Virus record (IMG/VR): IMGVR_UViG_3300031576_000034
Coordinates: 4,367-68,366 of that record
Source of the DNA: a virus
Strand: one strand, 5' to 3'
Length of the DNA stretch: 64,000 nt
Shown piece by piece: positions 57,883 to 64,000 of this stretch. The notes under the pieces were generated by a model. The model saw only the letters and a list, made by a program, of their open reading frames with translations, ran no database searches and was not told where the DNA came from. Every line of letters starts with the position of its first letter. Positions within the stretch are counted from its first letter, which is position 1. The translations under genes and the position numbers were made by a program.

Positions 57883-58121
57883 CGTCGGTCTCCTTGGGTA
57901 GTCGGTTCCGGGCTACTCTGGGCCCCCTTCGGAGGGCGAGTCCTCGCTGCGTCGTCCGGCCACACAACCAAATCCCACGGGTACGGCGACGCCGTCCCCC
58001 GCTCGCGTCTCTGTCGCCCCCGAGCCTCCTCCGTCAACCGGAACGCTTCTCGCGCTTCGTGTTCGGTCGCGAACGGCCCCGCCTGCGCGATGCCGCCGCC
58101 GGATGCGTACCAGGCGGTCAC
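57879..58121 (-). CDS. hypothetical protein
   Basis: WYASGGGIAQAGPFATEHEA; C-terminus encoded by the element. Confidence 0.6.
   Translation of the reverse strand: MTAWYASGGGIAQAGPFATEHEAREAFRLTEEARGRQRRERGTASPYPWDLVVWPDDAARTRPPKGAQSSPEPTTQGDRR
57890..57931 (-). repeat. dispersed ~41-bp element copy supplying an RBS
   Basis: reverse complement CGAAGGGGGCCCAGAGTAGCCCGGAACCGACTACCCAAGGAG. Confidence 0.9.
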
Positions 58122-58450
58122 AGTCCAGCCCGCTGTTTCGCTCGGACGCTCCTCGCGCACTTGATCGCCTCTGCGTAGAGCTTGCGAACAGCGGCGTAAC
58201 CGTCCAAGTCGTTGATCATCTCGACTCTGGCACCAGCGACCCCGCGCAGAAGCTCGAATGTGGCGTGCGAGGCGTCGATCCGGTCTAGGGCGCCTGTCGC
58301 GCACCACTGCACAGCATACTCGCTGCGCGCTGTGCACGCGCGGCCGGTCTTCGTGCGCGCGTACGCGTCTTGCGTCCAGCGCTTCTTGCTCGCGATGAGT
58401 TTCCACGCCGCGCGAAGATCGCGAAGGATTGCCTTCTGGTTCGTCGTCAT
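58118..58450 (-). CDS. phage protein (DUF6197-like)
   Basis: WTQDAYAR..WCATGAL..IND..V..LYAEAI. Confidence 0.7.
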   Translation of the reverse strand: MTTNQKAILRDLRAAWKLIASKKRWTQDAYARTKTGRACTARSEYAVQWCATGALDRIDASHATFELLRGVAGARVEMINDLDGYAAVRKLYAEAIKCARSVRAKQRAGL

Positions 58451-58797
58451 CGGTCAAGCTCCTCTCTCACAGCCGCCCGCAACCCGTCCACGTCCCCCTT
58501 CACGACCCACGGCACGCCCTCCGCCGGCTGCTCGCTTCCCGAGAACACGACGGCGGGCGCCTTCACCTGGCGCGCGTACGCGAGCACCCGCACCCCAGCC
58601 CCTTCAAGCTCCGGTCCGCTCGGTTCGGCTGGGAAGCGCCAGTCCGTCACCACGAGGTCCACCTTTGGGCCGTAGAGCAGGCGCACCCGGGCCTCGGAGA
58701 GGCTCCCAGCGTGCTGCACGCGGCCGTAGTCGCCGAGCAGGCGCACGAGGGCTCGGGCGGTGGCGGGGTCGTCTTCGACGAGGAGGATCGTTTTCAC
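58447..58797 (-). CDS. single-domain response regulator (receiver)
   Basis: ILLVEDD, DLVVTDW (phospho-Asp), VVFSG, VVK. Confidence 0.8.
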   Translation of the reverse strand: MKTILLVEDDPATARALVRLLGDYGRVQHAGSLSEARVRLLYGPKVDLVVTDWRFPAEPSGPELEGAGVRVLAYARQVKAPAVVFSGSEQPAEGVPWVVKGDVDGLRAAVREELDR

Positions 58798-59021
58798 GTT
58801 CGTCTCCCTGCCAGCATCGTGGCGTAGTCGTCGGCGAGGTCGTGATAGAACCTCGCGCGCCCTGTGCAGTGCCCGACGCGCTTGTGGTCGCCTTGGAGGA
58901 GCGCGAGCCGCGCCTCTGTCTCGTGTTCGGCCGCGTGCGCAAGGTGTGCCGCGCGCATGTGCTCGTACCCGCGGACATGGTGCGCCATCGCTTCGTCGTG
59001 CAGTTGTTCGCGAGTCTTCAT
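58794..59021 (-). CDS. His-rich hypothetical protein
   Basis: 4-nt overlaps on both sides. Confidence 0.6.
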   Translation of the reverse strand: MKTREQLHDEAMAHHVRGYEHMRAAHLAHAAEHETEARLALLQGDHKRVGHCTGRARFYHDLADDYATMLAGRRT

Positions 59022-59299
59022 CGCTTCATCTCCGGGTGCTCCGCCTGAAAGTGCAGGCCGGCAAATCGGATCCCGCCCGGCGCGAACGCGCCGATCGCCA
59101 AGCCTTCCGCCAGCGCGTTGAACGCCTTGGCCGTCTCGCCCTTCTTCTTGCTCCGGTACTGGATGATGTCGCCCTTCTCGGCGACGATCTGCGCGCACTC
59201 GGCGGCGCGAGTTTGCAGCTCGGACCACGGACGGCGCTTGAACTCCTCGACGCGGAGCGGGACGGCGGCCGAGAGGGCGATCGTCAGAAGGTCGTTCAC
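59018..59299 (-). CDS. phage hypothetical protein
   Basis: LSAAVPL..IVAEKGD..AFNALAEGLA..PGGIRFAG. Confidence 0.7.
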   Translation of the reverse strand: MNDLLTIALSAAVPLRVEEFKRRPWSELQTRAAECAQIVAEKGDIIQYRSKKKGETAKAFNALAEGLAIGAFAPGGIRFAGLHFQAEHPEMKR

Positions 59300-59342
59300 G
59301 GCGCCGCCGTGAAGTCCGCGTGCGTCGAGATCGATCACGGTC

Positions 59343-59699
59343 TCATCCTCCCGTCCGCGCAGCGCGCCACGCAATCAGCCGATCAGCCCGGCGCCCAAAC
59401 TCGGCCAGTGCCAACTCACGCGTGTCCTGCGGCCCGATGTCGAAACAGAGGCCGTACTCGGGCGACCTCGGATCCCACGAGCGCGCCGGCATCTCTCCGG
59501 ACCAAACGAGCTTGGATATCGAGCAATGCGGACGCTCGCCGTAGCCCCCGCCGCCCTGGAACATCTGCCCGACTTCGACGCCCTCCCGGGTGATCGTCCA
59601 AGTCGTCTCGACTCCCCAAGGTCCCGGCGCCTCGCGAGAGACGGCCGCCACGTAGGACCCGACGGTCAGCGTTTGGGGACGCTCGGTCAAGGTAGTCAC
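59343..59699 (-). CDS. hypothetical protein
   Basis: GGAGG RBS; globular composition. Confidence 0.6.
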   Translation of the reverse strand: MTTLTERPQTLTVGSYVAAVSREAPGPWGVETTWTITREGVEVGQMFQGGGGYGERPHCSISKLVWSGEMPARSWDPRSPEYGLCFDIGPQDTRELALAEFGRRADRLIAWRAARTGG

Positions 59700-59703
59700 G
59701 TTC

Positions 59704-60900
59704 TCACCCTCCCGTCAACGACGCATCCGCGCGTCGCGAGTATTCCGGCACTTCGATCCGAACTGCATTGAACTTCGCGCGAACCGCCTCGAGCGCGGCC
59801 TCATGTCGCGTGATCCGCTCCGGCGAGCACGTGCACACACGCCGCACGGTCCCGTGGTAGCCACACGGACACGGGCTCGCCGCGAGTACGACGACGGCCG
59901 GCTCCGCAGGCATCTCGACGGTCCCGTCCGTCCGCGCGATCCTGGCGGTTCCGCGCCTGATCGTCGTCGCAAGCGCCTCGAGCGCGTCGCGTCGATACTC
60001 GGCGATCTCGTCAAGGAAGAGGACACCACCGTGCGCAAGCGTGACCTCGCCAGGCCGCACCGGATCGCCCCCGCCGATGAGCGCACCGGCGCTCACGGTG
60101 TGGTGCGGGGCGCGGAACGGCCGCTCCGTCGCGGGGATCCCGAGCCCGGCCGCGCTCGCAATCGTGTCGATCTCGAGCCGCTCGGCGATCGTCGGCGACG
60201 GAAGGATGCTCGTGATCCGTCGCGCGATCATCGTCTTGCCCGACCCTGGCGGGCCGACGAGTAGGAGCACCTTCGCGCCGTCGTTGACGGCCTTGACGAT
60301 CTGCTCGGCCGCGTCCGCGCAGCTCGCTGGCACGTCCTGCCACGCGAGATCCGACGAGATGAGCGACGGATCTCCCGCCGTTGCGATCTCGAGCGCCGAC
60401 AGGAAGCCACGGAGGAAGTCTCGGACGTCGACGAGCCGCCGCGCGAGGTAGATCGGGATCGTCACGCCGGCTCGGACCGCGCACTGCGCCTCGTCTCGAT
60501 TGTCGAGCGGGACCACAACCCACGGCAGGCCCTCCCGCTCTGCGGCGCGGATCGCCGGGATGACGCCGCGCGCGGCTCGAAGCTCGCCCCCAAGCGACAG
60601 CTCGCCGACGAGCAGCCCCGCGGGGGCTGGGATGTTGCCGATCGCGTCGAGCACGGCCGCCGCAATCGCGAGATCGCCCGCCGACGAGCGTTCGGGCGGC
60701 AGCGTGACGCGGATCTCGCGATCGAGCTTGACGCCAAGCGCGTCGAGGGCGGCGCGGACGCGGATCGCGTGCTCGCGGCTCGCGGCTTTGTTGCGCTTGC
60801 CGTCGATCGTGACGGTGAGGCCGGCGAGGCCCGGCGACACGCTCGCCTTGACGCGATCGAGAGTCGCGGTTGTGCCGCGGAGGGTGAAGAGGGCGGTCAC
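59704..60900 (-). CDS. ComM/YifB (Mg-chelatase-like) AAA+ ATPase, C-terminally truncated
   Basis: Lon-like N-domain GELSLGG, GPPGSGKT, RPFRAPHH, GEVTLAHGGVLFLDE, PCPCG; start GTG 60900. Confidence 0.88.
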   Translation of the reverse strand: MTALFTLRGTTATLDRVKASVSPGLAGLTVTIDGKRNKAASREHAIRVRAALDALGVKLDREIRVTLPPERSSAGDLAIAAAVLDAIGNIPAPAGLLVGELSLGGELRAARGVIPAIRAAEREGLPWVVVPLDNRDEAQCAVRAGVTIPIYLARRLVDVRDFLRGFLSALEIATAGDPSLISSDLAWQDVPASCADAAEQIVKAVNDGAKVLLLVGPPGSGKTMIARRITSILPSPTIAERLEIDTIASAAGLGIPATERPFRAPHHTVSAGALIGGGDPVRPGEVTLAHGGVLFLDEIAEYRRDALEALATTIRRGTARIARTDGTVEMPAEPAVVVLAASPCPCGYHGTVRRVCTCSPERITRHEAALEAVRAKFNAVRIEVPEYSRRADASLTGG

Positions 60901-61511
60901 GACACCACCTCCGCCTCCGCCGCCTCCGCCGCCTCCGCCGCTTCCGCGACGAGATCGGCGAGGTACTCCCGAGCCGCCGCCTCGGCGGCCCGCCCGTACG
61001 CGAGATAGTACGCCTCGCGCACGTTGTCCGCGCACCCGCGCGCCTCCGAGTGCGCGAGATCGAGCGCACCCGCGTTGCACGCAGCCTCGTTCCACGATCG
61101 CGTCGAGTCGATCGCGCGGCGCAGCGTCTCGGCCGTGTACGCGATCGGGCCCTCCGGCCCCGTGCCGGAGCCGTCGTCGATCCACGCGGTGTCTTCGGCG
61201 CCGTCCTCTGCGCCCCACGCCGCCGCACGCTCGACGCACGATCGGTGGCGCGCGACGGGGCCGGCGTACTCGGGATCGCCCCCGCATCCGTCGCACACCG
61301 CGATCACCGTCCAACCGCCTCCGTCCTCCGCGTCGGGCGCGTCCTCCGCATCGCCGTGCTCCGGCGCAACACACCCGATCGCCTCGATCAACTCCGGGAT
61401 CGCCGCCGCGGCTTCCGCCTCGGAATCGAACCTGTTTCCGTCGTAGCCGGCCGCGTACCGATCGCGCGTACCGGCGGGCACGATCGCCCAGAAAACCTGA
61501 AAGCTCGCCAT
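60897..61511 (-). CDS. acidic Ala-rich hypothetical protein
   Basis: GGAGG RBS; ends in an AEAAEAAEA repeat. Confidence 0.7.
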   Translation of the reverse strand: MASFQVFWAIVPAGTRDRYAAGYDGNRFDSEAEAAAAIPELIEAIGCVAPEHGDAEDAPDAEDGGGWTVIAVCDGCGGDPEYAGPVARHRSCVERAAAWGAEDGAEDTAWIDDGSGTGPEGPIAYTAETLRRAIDSTRSWNEAACNAGALDLAHSEARGCADNVREAYYLAYGRAAEAAAREYLADLVAEAAEAAEAAEAEVVS

Positions 61512-61558
61512 CGTCGCATCCTCCCGGCGCCATTGGCGCCGCCTCGTTCGTTCCCGTT

Positions 61559-61840
61559 CTACTGCTCGTCTCGTACCGCGCTGATTCCGCCGTCGTTTCG
61601 TGCCGCTGCGGGTTCGAGCGTGTCAGCCCGGACGCGGCGTTTGTCCCCGCTGCGCGGCGTACGGCCGCAGCAACACGGGCGGGAGTCGCACACGTCGCAG
61701 ACAACTTGCGACGCCTGGTACCGGGCCACACAACGCGGCCCCGCTCTGTGCGCCGACCAAGCCCACACGCGCGCAGCGTGAATGTTGTCACGGGCGACGA
61801 GCACAGTCCCAAATTGATCGGTGCGGACGGCGTAAATCAC
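61559..61840 (-). CDS. hypothetical protein
   Basis: GTGA overlap with radC stop; CDVC. Confidence 0.5.
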   Translation of the reverse strand: MIYAVRTDQFGTVLVARDNIHAARVWAWSAHRAGPRCVARYQASQVVCDVCDSRPCCCGRTPRSGDKRRVRADTLEPAAARNDGGISAVRDEQ

Positions 61841-62301
61841 GACGCACCCCCGCTGCGCGGCCGGAGCAAGCCGGCATCCAGAAAACTGAAGTGTCCTTCG
61901 CTCGCGACGATCACGTGGTCGAGCACTCGGACCGAGAGCAGATCGCCAGCGCGCACGATCCGCTCCGTCAACGCGATGTCCTCGGCGCTCGGCGTCGGAT
62001 CGCCCGACGGGTGGTTGTGCGCGATCACGATCCCGACCGCGCCCGCGACGAGCGCGCCGCGAAACACGGACCCGACCTCGACGGGACAACTCGAGACCCC
62101 GCCGCGCCCGACCACCTCCCAGCCGAGCGTCCGGTTGCGGCCGTCGAGGTAGACGACGGCGAACGACTCGCACGCGGCCTGCGCGGAGAGCGCGCCCGAT
62201 CGCGCGAGGAACCCGGCCGTGTCGCTCGACGACGCGATCCGCAGGCCGCGCGTTGCGTCGCCGCGGTAGGTGACCGTGGCCTCGCGAACCCAGGCGGTCA
62301 C
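61837..62301 (-). CDS. radC: RadC-like JAB domain protein
   Basis: ESFAVVYLD, HNHPSGDPTPSAED, VLDHVIV. Confidence 0.9.
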   Translation of the reverse strand: MTAWVREATVTYRGDATRGLRIASSSDTAGFLARSGALSAQAACESFAVVYLDGRNRTLGWEVVGRGGVSSCPVEVGSVFRGALVAGAVGIVIAHNHPSGDPTPSAEDIALTERIVRAGDLLSVRVLDHVIVASEGHFSFLDAGLLRPRSGGAS

Positions 62302-62467
62302 GGCGCCACCTCGCGCGTCCAGCGGTGCCGGGCCTCGTCGGGTGCGACGCATGCGTGGCTTCGCGCGGCTCGGGGCTCCAACGTCCGCTGCCAGGTCCAG
62401 GTGTCCATCGCTACCTCCCGCCCGGGTTCGCCGGACGCCGACGGGTAGTGCAGGCGCCGTGCCAGGG

Positions 62468-62517
62468 TGTCCACTAATCACGCCATTAGTGGACATGTTT
62501 ACATATATGTAAACATG
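62468..62517. promoter_or_regulatory. two overlapping inverted repeats at a transcription divergence point
   Basis: TGTCCACTAAT-6 nt-ATTAGTGGACA (62468-62495) and perfect palindrome CATGTTTACATATATGTAAACATG (62494-62517). Confidence 0.75.
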
Positions 62518-62749
62518 GCCCCGGGCGGCTCGAGCTTCGCCCACACGCACCTACATGTAACCGTGGCAAACGGGACACGCTCGAGTGTCCCGGCGGGGAC
62601 GTTTCCCTCGGCAGACACACTCGCGTGTCAGCGCAGACACGCTCGACTGCGCGCTTTCGCGGAACCATTCGACTTTCCGCCTGGTACCGGGATCGCATAG
62701 GTACCCGAGCATGGAAAACGGGACGGGTCGCAGACACGAGGAGGATGAG

Positions 62750-63142
62750 ATGGACACGACGACGATGCTGCGGTACGCACGCGACTACGCGCGCCAGGCG
62801 ATCGAGGCGCAGGTCGAGGAGACCGCGACGACGGAGATCGGCAGCCTGCTCGACGCGTGCGAGGACGGTTGGCGCCTCAGCGGCCTCAGCGGCCTCGACG
62901 ATGGCGAGATCCAGGATCTCCGCTACGCGTGTCACGACGCGTGGCGGGATCTGTGTGAGCAGCGGTCCCGCGCGCTGGTCCTCGACGCGATCGAGGATCA
63001 CGGCGAGGCGCTCGACGCGGAGCCCGCCGGCCGGCGCGGCGCGATCGAGGCGTACGACGCCTCGTGCGTCGAGTGCTACGCGAGCGCGGCGGCGGCGGAC
63101 GCGTGGGTGGTCTGGTACATCGACGCACGGAGGATACGATGA
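62750..63142 (+). CDS. acidic hypothetical protein
   Basis: GAGGAGG RBS; D/E-rich. Confidence 0.7.
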   Translation: MDTTTMLRYARDYARQAIEAQVEETATTEIGSLLDACEDGWRLSGLSGLDDGEIQDLRYACHDAWRDLCEQRSRALVLDAIEDHGEALDAEPAGRRGAIEAYDASCVECYASAAAADAWVVWYIDARRIR

Positions 63143-63429
63143 CGACGACGACGACCAGGCTGACGACCGCGCTGGATGGCGGCAAGATCACGCGGCGCAT
63201 AAGTGTTCGTATCGTGACAAGTGGGCACTGCGATCGGTACCTCGGGATGGCGGAGCAGATCACGCTCGACGACGGGGACGGACTGGTCATGCGGTGGTCG
63301 TCGCTCGACGAGGCCGCCGGCGCGATCGCGATGGCAGCGACAGCGACGGCGAGCGAGCGCGCCTGCGCGGTGTGGTGGCTCGCGGAGTGCGACCGCGAGA
63401 AAGTCGCCTACCCGGAGGCGCACGACTGA
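63139..63429 (+). CDS. hypothetical protein
   Basis: GGAGG RBS; ATGA overlap. Confidence 0.65.
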   Translation: MTTTTTRLTTALDGGKITRRISVRIVTSGHCDRYLGMAEQITLDDGDGLVMRWSSLDEAAGAIAMAATATASERACAVWWLAECDREKVAYPEAHD

Positions 63430-63483
63430 CGCACGCGGTGCGGCTCTGCGCCCCAGGACGGGTCGCAGACACAGGAGGATTTC

Positions 63484-63681
63484 ATGGATCCCGAAGCAAC
63501 ACTCTACTGGGCCTCCCGCGCCATCGAGGATGGCAACCCGATCGAGGCGCATCGCCTCCTCGCCGAATACACCGCGTGGCGGGGGCGAGGTGGCGTCGAG
63601 CCCCGCGTCGACCGACGACGCGGTGACCTCGTCGCTCGCGAGCTTGGGCGGTGGCTCGGGTCGCAGACCCGAGGAGGATGA
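63484..63681 (+). CDS. small phage protein
   Basis: MDPEATL..WRGRGGVEP motif; AGGAGG RBS. Confidence 0.7.
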   Translation: MDPEATLYWASRAIEDGNPIEAHRLLAEYTAWRGRGGVEPRVDRRRGDLVARELGRWLGSQTRGG

Positions 63682-63682
63682 G

Positions 63683-64000
63683 ATGGCGAAGGAACGGCAA
63701 CACGACGCGCACGTTCGCGCGCGTCTCGCGATCCTGCGCGCTGTGATCGCGCGAGCGCGGGAGTGGGACTGCACGTGGGCGCGGGCGGGGCGCCAACTGC
63801 CAGGCGAAGCGACCGCGGCTTTCTACGATCGTGCCAGTCCTGCCCTCGATCGGATCGAGGTCGGGACGGGTCGCATTGGAAGTCATCGACTGCACAGGGG
63901 GAGTGTTGTTCAAGTACGCTTTCGAAGAGCCGCCGCTGTGATCGGCGCGTGCGACGACTGCGGTTGTGCTCTGCACGAATGCGAGTGCACACCGCCGGAA
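63683..64000 (+). CDS. hypothetical protein, open to the window end
   Basis: ATG 63683 after the start-associated motif. Confidence 0.45.
   Translation, partial: MAKERQHDAHVRARLAILRAVIARAREWDCTWARAGRQLPGEATAAFYDRASPALDRIEVGTGRIGSHRLHRGSVVQVRFRRAAAVIGACDDCGCALHECECTPPE

Larger units (their letters stand above)
62721..63875 (+). repeat. start-associated motif GGACGGGTCGCAGACAC(G)AGGAGGAT; 3 copies plus 1 partial
   Basis: at 62721, 63456, 63657 and partial at 63864. Confidence 0.8.

Noticed and set aside
60901-61812. Long N-terminal extension of the ComM-like ORF (702 aa in the track)
   Set aside because: It is Arg/Gly-rich off-frame read-through over two better genes; the likely start is GTG 60900.

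Overview
This high-GC window looks like part of one large bacterial virus genome, or a virus-like element. I saw no host housekeeping genes, rRNA, tRNA, integrase, terminase, portal, tail or recognisable major capsid gene. Layout: (1) 1-6.0 kb, minus strand: small membrane-anchored virion-like proteins and a transglutaminase-fold putative cysteine protease. (2) 6.0-12.0 kb: relic gene fragments, a PAPS-reductase family gene, a DUF3987-type P-loop ATPase and a C5 DNA methyltransferase. (3) 12.1-13.5 kb: non-coding origin-like region with inverted and tandem repeats. (4) 13.6-31.7 kb, plus strand: replication arm with SNF2 helicase, adenine MTase, PD-(D/E)XK nuclease, DEDDh exonuclease, Sak4-like ATPase, SSB-like protein, a UDG-PolA fusion carrying an intein, and MazG. 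(5) 31.7-45 kb: rmlB (internally deleted), rmlC, membrane proteins, a Tlr6F-like protein, an amidase and a glycosyltransferase/DegT/GNAT/methyltransferase cluster. (6) 45-57.5 kb: M23 peptidase, small accessory genes, an HhH-motif protein and membrane-anchored hydrolases. (7) 57.6-64 kb: receiver-domain protein, ComM-like ATPase, RadC and a palindromic divergence point. The strongest candidates for novelty are: (a) a recurring hydrophobic-x-Gly motif, often followed by a basic C-terminal tail, on unrelated proteins, which may be a packaging/maturation tag for the encoded protease; (b) a ~41-bp element dispersed in six copies, which supplies ribosome-binding sites and in one case lies inside rmlC; (c) a virus-encoded glycosylation pathway alongside many membrane-anchored proteins. 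All family assignments come from reading motifs by eye, not from database searches.
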